Source: Dudresnaya verticillata (taxonomy: Eukaryota). From it: 64,000 bases of DNA. Below the pieces are notes generated by a model. It saw only the letters and a list, made by a program, of their open reading frames with translations, did not search any database and was not told where the DNA came from. Made by a program: the position numbers and the translations under genes. The number at the start of each line of letters is the position of its first letter. Position 1 is the first letter of the stretch. This document shows, piece by piece, positions 12,081-24,000 of the stretch. The stretch lies in NCBI GenBank assembly GCA_977862235.1, contig OZ374557.1, forward strand, positions 868,001 to 932,000, written 5' to 3'.

Positions 12081-13738
12081 ATGGCCTCACGACCGCCGCC
12101 GTCGCGAGGCCCAAGTTCAAGAAGACCGTCTTCGACGCCTGGGAGTGTACCCGCGTCTGAACGGTCGCTACAGCGGATGACAACGAGGTCTGGGCGCCTC
12201 GTGAGCCCCGAGATCGCGTCGGCGTTCCCGACGCTACCCCCGGGGCACGGCCACGCAGGCTCCCACGCGTCGCTCAACGGAGGAGAATTACCTCCTCCGC
12301 CGACGCGCAACCCCGTCATCGTCCGCACCTCCGTCCCCGAGGGATCGGCCCTTCACACCTACCGCTCCTACGTTGACTCGGCTGATACAGTACAAGCCGA
12401 GCAACAGGACGTCGTAGACGGAACACAAGCCGACATCGTCGAGGGACAACCGGAACTTCCGGATCAACCAACCACCCCCGTCAACGACGATCAAGGGCAC
12501 TCCGCGGAGCGCAACGTCGCTGACGAACCATTGACACACGGGGCATGTTGCCCCACTCCCCACGGCAGTGCCGGCTGTTCGCCGGCTAAGCCGAAGTCGC
12601 CAAGTCAAAGGGCGCAAGGGACGCCCGACCGGTCAAACCGCGAAAGCCAACCGCCAACGGCGTCACCCTTGGCCGTCCGCGTGAGTAACTTAACGATACC
12701 ACGCGAACGGATCCGAGAGGTGTGCGTCCTAGAGGACGATGCGATGCTCGCTAGATTCGCCGGGTTGCTGGACGACAGTGTCGGAGGAATCGCAAGTCGT
12801 CTACAGACGTTGGAAGAGGATCGGAACGGTGCCCTACAAGGGCTTCGATCCGACCTCGACCGTCTATTGACGAACCAAAACGCCCAAGGCGAGGGTACAC
12901 AACCACCGCCGGCAGTAACGGTTCATTCGCATTCTGAGCTTAGCTCACGCGAACGCTTTCAGCGATTTGCGACTCGCTTAGAGCGTCTCGAAACCGCCAA
13001 GTGGCGCAACGGTCCACCGTCGGGTGACGAGAGCTCATGCGAAGATCGTCACAGACGTAAGGATCGGAAGAGACGCCGTCGTAAACTGCGTCAGAGACGG
13101 AAGAAGAACCGTCATCGACGTGGGGACTCATCCTCGTCCTCTTCGGACTCGTCAAGTGACGGAGAGTCGTCAGACTCTTCGTGTGAAGACGACGACTTCC
13201 CAACTCTCGGCAGTGCCGCAAGACCTCGCGGAAAGCGGTTCAAGTGGTTGAAGGAGCTACGCCCCTCCAACCCCCTTTTCGATCAGTTATTATCGTACAG
13301 GACGTACCGTCTCAAAGACGTAGGGCAAAAACGCTCAAAGCGCGATACGGGTAAGGTCAAGGACCATATTAAGCGCTTGGAACGGACCATGAAGGACGCC
13401 ACCTTCCACGGCAGTGACCCCGTCATGGTCCTCGAGTTCCTGACGCGTTACGCGGATGAAGCCGATACGCTGGAGATGAGCGAAGCCCAAGCGTTCGTCG
13501 CACTGCCGTACTTCTTGCGAGGTACGGCAGCCACGCAATTTCGCTCCGTCAAGTCGACGTCTTCTCGCCATCGCGGCGGGGTGTCCTCGTATCCGAAGGT
13601 GGTACAGTACCTCCTCCGTACTTATGCTACGCCAGCGGCGATCAGGGACGCTGTCCTCGCCCTATGGTCGACTGCCCAGGAGCAAGGCGAGGACGAGACG
13701 ACCTATGGGATGCGGCTAGCCGGTGCGTGTATTCGTTG
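12081..13738 (+). pseudogene. gag: Gypsy Gag-like ORF, truncated
   Basis: Collinear with 36436-38060 (LKELRPSNPLFDQLLSYRTYRL, FHGSDPVMVLEFL); homology stops abruptly after LAGACIR. Confidence 0.8.
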
Positions 13739-15832
13739 GAACCGAAAAATGGACCATAACAAAGTATGTAACGTCGGAGATTTCAACTTCCCGTCTGCGA
13801 AGCAAGATTTCCTACGACTACACAGCAAGTTCGGTCTGGACGACGATATAGAAAGGGAACTATCTATGCTTGCGTTCGAAAAGGCTGCTCTTAAGATTGT
13901 GAACGGAGTTTCACGAGAGAATCCGGATGTCAGTGCAACCGAGCTTTGGGACCGGCTCGAAGAGAGTCTGTTTAATCAGACTCAGCGCCGTTCGCAGCAC
14001 TCTACGTTCTTATCCATGAGATGGAATGAGAAAGCCGAGACGGTGACGAAGTTTGGGGAGCGTGTTAATGTTCTCGGAACGTCATTGGGCTACGGGCAGG
14101 ATATAATTCAAGCAACCTTCATAAAAGGTATACCTAACCGACTATAGCCGTACGCCTACACAATACAGGGTGGCTATGATGAGCTGGTATCAGCAATGAT
14201 GCATATTGCCGAGACGCAGAAGTGATCAGAGTCCCTAAAACTGGTTGATGAAAGAGGCAATAAGGACGGGGGTGGCAAGGCTGGGCCGGAGACAAAGCAG
14301 GACAGATTTGCGAATATGAAATGCTACGTATGTGGCAAGCTTGGTCAAGGTTCCTGGCAGAAGCGCATCTGTCCCGGACTGAGCGCAAAAGAGGAGGAAA
14401 AAGGAGATGAGCAGGGGAAAGAGATAGGGGGAAGCCCGGTGGACAACACCAGGGTTAGCTCCCGATGTAGGCTCTAAAGATGAAGGAGATGACAGGTGTG
14501 AAGGAGTTTGTCGCTGTCAAGATGAAGGAGTTAAAACCGATAGGGATGATAGCGATGAAGAGGAGGAGACTACAGAAGGTGTAGACGTAGTGGTAGACGT
14601 AGAGTTCTCAACCAAGGGGGGGTCGAAGATAGTACCGGCTGTCACGGACATTGGGGCATTTAGTTTCTGCTTGGATTCAACGTTGTTTGTAACGTTGGGG
14701 GCGAACTGTTACCTGACGAGGATGGCGCAGCAGATGAAGGAGGACGAAGATTGGATTTCGTAGGACAGGGATATCTCAACTTTACTCTATAGGGTTGTAA
14801 GTTCTACAGACAAAAGGTTCGTGTGTTGAACTGTCTACCAAGTGGAATGTTGATTGGCAGGACGTTCTGGTTGAAATACGGCATGGTTCTGGACCTAAAC
14901 AAGATGGTGGGCAGTTTCACCGTTCAACGGCGACTGTTCTCAGGATCGGTGTTGCTAAAGCCCGTCATCGGGGAGGAGGTTCGCGCCGTCATTGAAGATG
15001 CGGACGTAGACAACACAATCAAGCAAATGGACCTTACCGAGTTCAGTCCTTGCCCCAAGCTGCAGAAGAGCTTGCGAGATATTCTGTGGAAGTATAGGGA
15101 AATATTCAAAGGGGTAGGTTGCATCAGGGGCTACAAGCATAAGATCAGCTTGGTGCCTGATGCTGAGCCAATTGCTTTGCCTATCCGTCGCAGATCGCCA
15201 TCAAAGTTGGAAGTCGAGCGCGAAACAATGGAACGCTTGTTGCGGGAAGGAATTGTTGAACAGTCTGAATCATCGTGGGCAGCAAACAATGTCTTCGTCC
15301 CTAAAAAGAACGGGACTCTACGGTGCACCACAGATTTCAGGGCCCTCAATTTTAGGACGGTGACTGATCAGTACCCGATGGAAGGCGTCAAGGAGACTCT
15401 TGACTGGCTAGCGAGCAAGCAAGTGTTCTCCACATTTGATCTGAAGGACGGCTATTTCCAAGTGGAGCTGGACGCGTCGTCCAAAGTATATACGGCGGTT
15501 CGTACCGTCGTTGGGCTGTTACAATATTGTCGATTGGCTATGGGATTAAAGAATGGGCCTGCGGCTTTTCAAAGAGTGGTTAATACAGTTCTCGGCCCTC
15601 TGAAAGGTCGGAGTGTTTGGGTATTTATGGATGATGGGAATGTGGGCTCCGAGACTGAGGAGGGGCACCTTAAAGATCTGGACGAGGCATTAGAGTGCAT
15701 GATACAGGCAGGGATGCGACTCAAGTTGAGCAAATGTCGATTTGGTGTTCGGGAGGTAGAAGTACTGGGACACCGAGTGTCTCCTAAAGGACTACAGCCT
15801 TCGAAAGGTCATATTGAGGCCATAGAAAGCTT
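13739..15832 (+). pseudogene. pol: Internal fragment of a different Gypsy element: Gag end, degenerate zinc knuckle and protease, reverse transcriptase
   Basis: CYVCGKLG at ~14323; FVPKKNGTLRCTTDFRALN, FSTFDLKDGYFQV, MGLKNGPAAFQR, VFMDD, LKLSKCRF, VLGHRVS. Confidence 0.88.
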
Positions 15833-16140
15833 ACGAGATTCGCGTACACTCGTAATCGATCGCAAGGGCCTCGTTGAACGCGTCTCCGTGGACCACTCTA
15901 TCTACGACCCACCACCTATGAATTCGCGACCGTCGATTACGCGACCCGAAGACATTACGGAAAAGGTCAACGAAGGCCCCGAGTACGTTGTAGATCGTAT
16001 CCTCTATCACTAGACAGACGAAGACAGTAAATTCGTGTTTCGTATCAAGTGGGACGGCTACGCGGCGCCTACGTGGGAACCTCGTACGCACGTGCCCGGA
16101 GAACTCGTTTCCCGCTACTTCGCAAGGCTTCGAAGCCAAG
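15833..16140 (+). pseudogene. pol: Gypsy integrase C-terminus plus chromodomain (related to the 46661-59695 element)
   Basis: TLVIDRKGLVERV..YVVDRILYH*..FRIKWDGYAAPTWEPRTHVPGELVSRYF matches 54010-54330. Confidence 0.85.
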
Positions 16141-17335
16141 CGGACCCGCGTGATCCCGTGCTACTAGCCCACGAATGGCTCTCCGACTGGGACCTCGTGT
16201 GGTTCCGTGGCTCCGACTTCGTGATCCGCAACCCGCAGCCCGAATAGCGCCTACGCCCACTCGAGTTGCGCGGCACCCGAAGCTCATTACCCGAATGGCC
16301 CGGCGCCCCACTACGTTCGTGCATCACGTGCTGACTACGCAAGTGCTCATTTCGATCGCCCGGAGCATACGTTTGCATGATACCGCTATGCGCCTCTCGT
16401 GGCCCAACTTAGTGATACTCGTCTCCGTATTCCGCGACGCGCCTTCGTCGCGCACGACCACAGCCCCGACACAGACGAATGCCAGCCCCGCAGCTCACGC
16501 GACTTGCTCAGCGCGATCATCGCATCACCCGCGCAGCTCTCCGAGGAGCACGTATCCGCAAACCACCCCTAGAACGTCGGCGCGGACGCCTTCGTCTTGA
16601 GGAGGGGGCCGTGCACGCAGATCACGAAGTCTCGATGACTCAACTCGTCGAAGGAAACACTTGTAATTTTATTCGTAATCAACGGCACACGCATCAGGAA
16701 AAACGAAGCTGCGCCACGAACAAGTCCCAGATTAGCACACTCGACCACGAAGCTCGTTTACGTGAAGCTATGAAGTTAAAGCTACGATAGTAACAAACAC
16801 TTGGCTATCACTACTAGGCAAAAGAAGAGTCGAGAAAGAGAAAAACTTTTACTCGAGACGATACCATGGTATCGTGCACGAGACCGAGACCCCGCCACCG
16901 TGAGGTCCGAGAACAAGGAGTTCGATACCGAAAACGAGAAACTATGCAGCTACGAAGCTAAAATAAAAAGCCTCGGTGTTACCACTAAGTACAACAAAGA
17001 GCGACTATACGGGTTTGCGGAGTCGTAAGGCGGGTTATCACGACGATCGCTTCCGTTTTCGTCTCGAGTTACGCGAAGAAAGTTCGGCGCATACGGATCC
17101 GATGTCTGTGATTGTCAGTGGTGACCATCGTAACCGTTGCCACCGCTGGGTCCGAAGCCCGAAGGGCCTCCGGAGCCATACCCGTAACGCGAAGCATCGT
17201 AACTCGGGTAACCGCAATCTTCACGCCGACGCTTACCGCTCAACTCGAGGTCCCGAATACGATGACGAAGGTCCGCTATCCCCGCATCCCTATCAAGAAG
17301 CCGTCTACGAAGGCAACTCACCTCCGTGACCGCGC

Positions 17336-18110
17336 TGTAGTATAGCTGTCAGCACACTATCAGCAGCGGCTATAAGGTATGCTGGCAGCGCCGCACTGTA
17401 ATGGTGCACATGATGACGCCCGCTGGCGGGTCGTGGTTGGGCAGCGTGCCCTTAGTTTTTTCGTTGAATTAGTAGCGGTCGACTGCATTGCTGCCGGCAG
17501 CGGCCGCGCGCCGTGCCGCACACGGCGCGCCCCTGTGACGCTCTCCGGCACCGAGCCGTTGAGAGGGCCGCTGCCCGTTACACCTCGCGCGCGCCCACGG
17601 GTAACCGTTACCCGGACGTGTCGACACGTGTATGGGCACGCGCTCGTACACCTCCCGCGTTGGTGTTGTGGGGCGCTCCTACTGTAGAAGTAGTCGTAGT
17701 GCACATAGTGTAGGGTATTTAAGACCGTCGGCCATCGACGGCTCAGTAAACCGGGCAAGCAACAGCTGGCGCTGAAGCTTGCCCCCAGCCTTTTCGGGTT
17801 CGATCCCTTTTGCCTTACGCCAGCGGGCGGTTTCCCTTTTTCCCCTTGCCTCGCTAGGCTTTCCCCTTTCCTTTTCCTTTCCGTCGGCTTCGTGCCGCCC
17901 TTCCACAGGGACGCTGGGATCCGGCCGCTGCCTACCCGCGTACGGTACGCCCCGTGCGCGCTCTGGCATCGACGCCGTCGATCCGCACCTGCGGGGCGCA
18001 CGCGGCCGACACAGCTCTACCAACCCCAACAGCTACCCATCGACGGGTCTGTGTGGCGGCTTCGGACCAGCAAGTATCAGACGTCGGATCGACCTGACGT
18101 CTATACTACA
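17336..18110 (+). mobile_element. Solo LTR (775 bp) of the 46661-59695 family
   Basis: TGTAGTATAG..CTATACTACA; perfect CGCGC TSD (17331-17335, 18111-18115); highly similar to 58922-59695. Confidence 0.95.
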
Positions 18111-18665
18111 CGCGCGAAGGAAGCTCCCGCTGAGGTCTTCCAGCAGCTGCCGAAGAGTCCCATCGGGGGAGATGCCCGCTTCAGGACACGTATCGCTCAC
18201 GGGGCCGATAGTGCGAATATCCGTTGGATAGCGCATCTCGAGACTGGCGAATGAAGAACCCGAAGCGCTCGGCATCAACACAACGGCCCCGGTGCCAAGC
18301 GTTGACCCCAGAGTTAGCGACGGTGAAGTGGTCGGAGCTACGGAACGAGGCACACGCGGCAACGTACCAACCTCGCCTCCGATGGCACGAACCGGGGCAC
18401 TCGGATGCGCAAACGGATCAACTCGCGGACCGCACCCCCCTCGTGAAGGACGGTTGTGACGCCAATCGAACCAGACCCCGGAGCCCACGTCGTGATCGAC
18501 CACTTGGGACCACTATCCCGTCGGAAAATCGCGACGAGTTGACTGGAGCTCCGTCAGATCCGCAGCCTCGATGGCAATCGCGAGTATCTTCGTGAACGGC
18601 ATCGTGTGATCTGAGGCTCGGAGCGAAGGATCCGGATACCCGCCATCCTCGGAGAACGACTTCGA

Positions 18666-19913
18666 TCAACGATCCCGAACGAAACTACGCAACGAAGCAT
18701 CGAGCACCCATACGTATTGACGCTGCGTGACACCCGAAAGCAACGCGCGACCAAGCTCGAAGCGATACTCCGAATCCCGAAAACGCACGACGCACTTCTT
18801 CGTATGTTCCGCAAACAGGTCGACAACGAGACCGAAGTAACGAATCACCCTCGGAGGTGGCACGACTAAGCCCGCGGGGGCCCGAATACACAAGGTATCA
18901 AACCAGAATGAACTTGGAAACATGGTCAGAGGCACGCGGTCTTTGAGACGCGAATTCGTATCCACGCGATCGGGCATCGAGCCTGCGCCACGAAATAGCG
19001 CCCAGTCTCCTGCACCGATGTGCGCTCCGAGGATGCGAGAAATTGAGTCTACGTGGCGCCACGCGTTTCCCGCGTCGGACTCGAACGCCGGGTAATCACG
19101 AAAGCGAGCAACCGCAACCACCGGAGAATCCACGGAGATACCCGCACCCGGTGCCAGGAGCACACGCGCACACGCATCTACGTAAGCAACCTCGTCGACC
19201 GTGGTCATGTAGGAGACGTCACACGGAAGGCCCATCGGAGTCGGATACACAGGGCCACGGGGCCGGAATACGTGAAAGACACCGGCTCCGTTATCATCGC
19301 GACCCTCGCAAAGCGCACGAGACCGAGTGAGACCCGGACGAACACGGCCACCGTAGGCAACAACCTCTTCGTGAGTAACTCCGGCGATCGCGAACTCATC
19401 CCTCGCGAAGTACAACTGCGTAGACGGAAGGCTTGGAACACTCTCATACTTTGTCCTGAATTTCGGAGGACCCAACGAAGCACTCGGCTGCCAACCCCGA
19501 TTCACGAATTGCGGATTCGATCCGCCCGAACTTACGTACGGACTACCGAGGTCAGCCGCACCCGAAGGCCCCGAAGCCCCAATGTCCACAACGTGTGGAA
19601 TTGCGAGAGTCCGTAGCACGTATTTACCGGAGTCAACTGCAGGACCAGCGACATTCGATGAACGACCTGAAGCCCTCGGAGGCACCGCAACATCGTTCGT
19701 TGGCTCCGAGGCCACACGTTCCGTGACATCAGCGAGCTCACCGTCGAGGCGACGACGAGTAGCATGGACGCGCTCTTCGTGGGACTTGGTTCCCTTCTCG
19801 TGACCCTCGTCCACCATCCAAGGATACGTGACACGAAGTTGCCCCCAACGCAACCCACGGAGGATCCGCAGCACTTGCCCTAACACCGAGACCCGCAACC
19901 CACAACCGACCAC
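18666..19913 (-). CDS. Antisense accessory ORF (family 1) of a chromovirus, unknown function
   Basis: 415-aa open frame, homologous to the fragmented ORFs at 56429-57830 (LPCDVSYMTTV vs LPCDVSFFTTV, etc.). Confidence 0.65.
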   Translation of the reverse strand: MVGCGLRVSVLGQVLRILRGLRWGQLRVTYPWMVDEGHEKGTKSHEERVHATRRRLDGELADVTERVASEPTNDVAVPPRASGRSSNVAGPAVDSGKYVLRTLAIPHVVDIGASGPSGAADLGSPYVSSGGSNPQFVNRGWQPSASLGPPKFRTKYESVPSLPSTQLYFARDEFAIAGVTHEEVVAYGGRVRPGLTRSRALCEGRDDNGAGVFHVFRPRGPVYPTPMGLPCDVSYMTTVDEVAYVDACARVLLAPGAGISVDSPVVAVARFRDYPAFESDAGNAWRHVDSISRILGAHIGAGDWALFRGAGSMPDRVDTNSRLKDRVPLTMFPSSFWFDTLCIRAPAGLVVPPPRVIRYFGLVVDLFAEHTKKCVVRFRDSEYRFELGRALLSGVTQRQYVWVLDASLRSFVRDR

Positions 19914-20344
19914 CGCAAATCACCGAGGCCAACGAAGCAACAATACCAACGCCACAGAGCGGAGCGAATGATGCGAGAAGAGATACGTATGGTATAACGA
20001 AGTCCACGGTGACGCGGGGGAGTCTCGCACTGTAATGAACGGCCTCGGAGCCTAACGTGTGGCCTCGTAGCCTAACGGAGAAAGAAAAAGGGGTGGTAGC
20101 CTGATAGAGCGGAGCGACCAACACGAAAGACCACGGTGTCAACGTATTCGTGCGCGGAAGGGAGAACTCGAGCGATCGATCACCGGGGATGACTCTGGGT
20201 GCGCGGGGCTATCGAAAGCGAGGCTCGACCCTATCCGCGGTCACGAAGACGAGGACACCGAACTCGAAGAAACAGGCGCTTACCGAAGACTCCGAGGTCC
20301 CTGCGCTAATAGCCTGCCGGGAACCCTCGGAGGTTGTACCAGAC

Positions 20345-20612
20345 GACTGGTTTATCACGAAATGCACTGTTACTGCCAAAAAGCGTTTAATGATTGACAT
20401 AAGTATCGTCCGCGATGCTTACGACAATGAAGAAATATCTAACGTCTGGTTCGTGTGCACCGACCAGAACACAGCCGATGCCTTCTCAAAATCACCAAAT
20501 GCGCGGCCTTGTCGTCCATCTTATCTTATTCCGCTTGCTCGCTTCCTGTCGAAGAATGGGTTGTCCGTCTTACCAACTCTTCCGACCGATCTCCCGTTTA
20601 AAAAGTGGGGAG
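20345..20612 (+). pseudogene. pol: Copia (GalEa-like) RNase H C-terminus plus PPT
   Basis: KKRLMIDISIVRDAYDNEEISNVWFVCTDQNTADAFSK, then AAAAAGTGGGGAG. Confidence 0.8.
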
Positions 20613-20873
20613 TGTAAACATGCGGCGACGATGACGACTCGACGGCTATGCCACGTAATTGTTAATATTGACTCTCCTCCTTACAGGAGAGTCAAGTCTA
20701 CCGCGTGAGTCTTAGTCATCCTTTAGTTCCTCCCTCTCCGGCTCCGACTAGCGGAACCGGGCCGGACAAAGCGTACTTAAGGTGCTCTTACCTGCTGGAT
20801 AGCGGCAGAAATACACACACACAGAACAACACGCTCAACCAGCTCACCTTAGTAAAGGTCCTTACGCTCTACA
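20613..20873 (+). repeat. Probable Copia 3' LTR (~261 bp)
   Basis: TGTA start directly after the PPT; TACA end. Single copy, so the right end is inferred. Confidence 0.55.
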
Positions 20874-21080
20874 ACTTGTGGCCGTTCGCACTGCACGCGC
20901 CCCTCGAAGCGCCCCGTAGCGAAACCCAACCAAGTTGCCGCTACTGTCTACCTCCGCTTACACACCGCAATTCGCGTGTTCCGACAGGGCGGGAGGGTGT
21001 GGGCGGGCGGGTGGGGGAAGGCTGGGCGGCTTGAGCGCTGCAATTGCAATTGCGACGCCGCCCTGGGCTGGCATAGATAT

Positions 21081-24000
21081 CCCTAATGCCGTTATCGATC
21101 GGTATAGTGATCGAAGCCTATTTTTGGATTTTGGCCTTTACACCCCTTCTGATCGCTATACTGCTCAGTAGGGGCAGAACATGTCGGTACTTTGAGGCGT
21201 ATTCTCGGCTGTAAAAATTACTTCAATTCCATTGATGCGATCTCCAGAAGTATCTCCTCCCTCTCGCGAGCCGATCAAGCCTTCAACACCCAAAATGCCA
21301 TAGGTACTCTCGGAGCTGCGCCCCCGCGTGTCCGACACCCTCTCCTTCCCTTTTGCGACCCTTTTGCTGCTCACACCGCCGTTTCGTCGCTACGTGACCC
21401 ACCGCGGAGGCCTCCTGTCGTACCTGGAGGACGTTGCAAGGGGCGGAGCTACCGCGAATGGCAACTGTCGAAGCAACGGAGGCCCCGCCGGTTAATGGCG
21501 GCACCCGCAATCTGAGAGGGAATGTCGGGCCTTCATCAACCGATCCCGCCCAGGTGGTGGCTTCGACGAGTGGGATAGGAACAAGGGGTCTCGGGAGAGG
21601 GCGACGAGCATCATTAAGGGGAAGACCGCGAGGTCGAGGGCGTCGGAAAGGACGGGGTGGCGGGCCAGGGCGGGCTAATCGCGAAGACCCCACTCATGGA
21701 TGGAATTTGAGCACTACGCAAGCTGTTTCTCTGCGTTTGGAACAATCGTTTGCAGAAGATGTCCTGCACAAACGAGCAAGGCTTCTATGTAGAACGGCAG
21801 TTGACAAAATGAAGCTTGAATGCTCTGTGCGAGACATTGCACCTACCCGAAGCGGTTTAGTTGTTCTATTCATGAACCGCATTCTACAGCAGTTGACAGA
21901 GTGGATTAATGAGCTCATCCGGCTTCGTGAGCTCGAGGCGGACGTGGTAAAGCTTTCAGACATGTACCGCTATGTTGCTGTGCTGTTGCTCTCGCACACT
22001 ACTGGATTTAGCTTTGGAAGGACTATAGCTGTTCTGTGACAGTCGGGAAGCTCAACACCTTCTCTGGAAAGGATCCGTTTCCTCGCAGACAACATTGTTG
22101 CATTTTCGGCAACTGGGCGTGGTCGTGAAGGTCAAATGGAGTGGAATTCCCAACGCGATTTGACATGTCAACTGGGGGAGTTTGAACAACTCTCATTTCG
22201 CGATACTAAGAAGGTTTTCTTCGTTCCATTTTATCTTTTGGCTACTTTGGATGATGACCTCTACGGGACAAAGGCCTCGGATAATCAGGTCAAGATGCTG
22301 AGTGCGCGAAAAGCAGACAAGGAGGGTCATTCTGCGGATGCCATTGTCGATGCTCTTTTCAGGGTTGTGCTTGCGCTCCGCTTCAGGAGGCGCGGGGAAT
22401 CGCAAGTCGAATCGGTGAGGAAACTTTTAGAAGTGCTGACGGATGGAAGGGGTGCGGAGGCGACGAGCACATGCATTATCACAGCGGCCAGAGGGTATGG
22501 AAAGCGGCTGTTCATGGATCTGACTACCGAGTTCGGTTTCAGTTCCGTATTCGTAATGCCTGACCATCTTCTGCATGTGCATCCCTTTGTGGCTTCTTCA
22601 TACCTGCGTCCTGGGAGAGGTGATTTGGAGGAAGAAGCTTGCGTGCAGGAGGGTAACGGTCGGAATGAGACAGAGCAAGCGAGTGCTTCCCGTGACAATG
22701 CACAGGACGGTGACAGCAGTGACTCCCTTGATGCTAATGACAGCATTTCAAACTTGCAGCTGGACCGTCGACGCGCCTTTGTTATCGACGACAACCCTCA
22801 ACTTGGACCTGATGTTTTTTGCAACGAAGAACGTCGTTGCGAAGTCAGCGTCATTGGTAGGTCAGAAGAAGACGACTGCCGTCGCTGTTCGTGAACATGG
22901 GACTGAGAAGTTCGCGAAACTGCTTCGGTTCATGTTTACCGTACCTGCGCCTATTCAGGAAAGCTTGAATACTTGGATAGCTGTCCCGAAACCTAACTAC
23001 CGATTTAATAAGGTTCTCTACACGAGGCGTAACATTGAGGGTGAGAAGGTCGCTGCACTAAAGGACACTGTGGAGTGCATAATCAGCAGAAATTGTCTTC
23101 CGCTAACTGTCGGACAACGATGCGCGGACTGGTTCGTGCTCCGCCAGTTCAGAATTACCGGCACAAACGCCGGATTGCTAATGCTTAGCAGTGGATCTTT
23201 ACGGTCTTCGTTAGGGCTCTCGGGGGAGCCACAAGAGAAGACATTAGAAGAATGGTTCAAAATTCTATACAGCGGATGGTTCTCGAACAAGCGATCTACG
23301 GAAGCCATGATGTGTGGAACTGCGAACGAAGACGCAGTCCTGGTCGGTTTGCGTGAACTACCGTTCATAGAAGAGGTCTTTGAGGCAGGGCTCTTATGCA
23401 ACCGAAATGCCCAGTATCTCGCTTGTTCGCCAGATGGCATCGCGATGCTCAAGAAGGCTTCTTTGCCTATTCTGACGTCCTCCACTGATGATGAGCCTAA
23501 TTCCCAGCACAATGAAGACGTTTTAGTGCTCGCACCTGTCGAAATCAAGACAAGAGTAGCGGCCTCAACGCTTGGTCAAAGCATCCAATTGTCTACTTCA
23601 GAACCAGTGTTATGTGAAGTTGGGGACGAAACATTTAAGAGGTACATACCCAGCTCACATTCGGCACAGATTATGCATCAGGTCCTGGTACTGCGACTGG
23701 GCTATGCGGTTTACGTTGCCGCGGCTGAGACGGGTATTCTATACACAGTTGTGGTGAGCTTTCCTTATTCCGTTGTGCAAAACTGTTTTGACACGATGAA
23801 CACTCTTTCCATACCCCTTGTGAAATGGGCTCAAGAAAACGCTTCAGAGATTCCTGCATTCGTCCCCAGGACGTATAATCAGTCTATCATAACTCATCTG
23901 AAGTTTTGGATGCTGGTTTGTTCTCATGTGCTAGAGGAGGGCACGTTCCTCCCTCTCAAACTTTTTAAGCACGCAGCACAGTCGTTCTACTCGACGACAA

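Noticed and set aside
17360..18254. ORFs recurring at 17.4k, 46.7k and 59k (and at 35.4k/44.4k)
   Set aside because: Chance frames within GC-rich LTR copies; recurrence reflects DNA repeat identity only.
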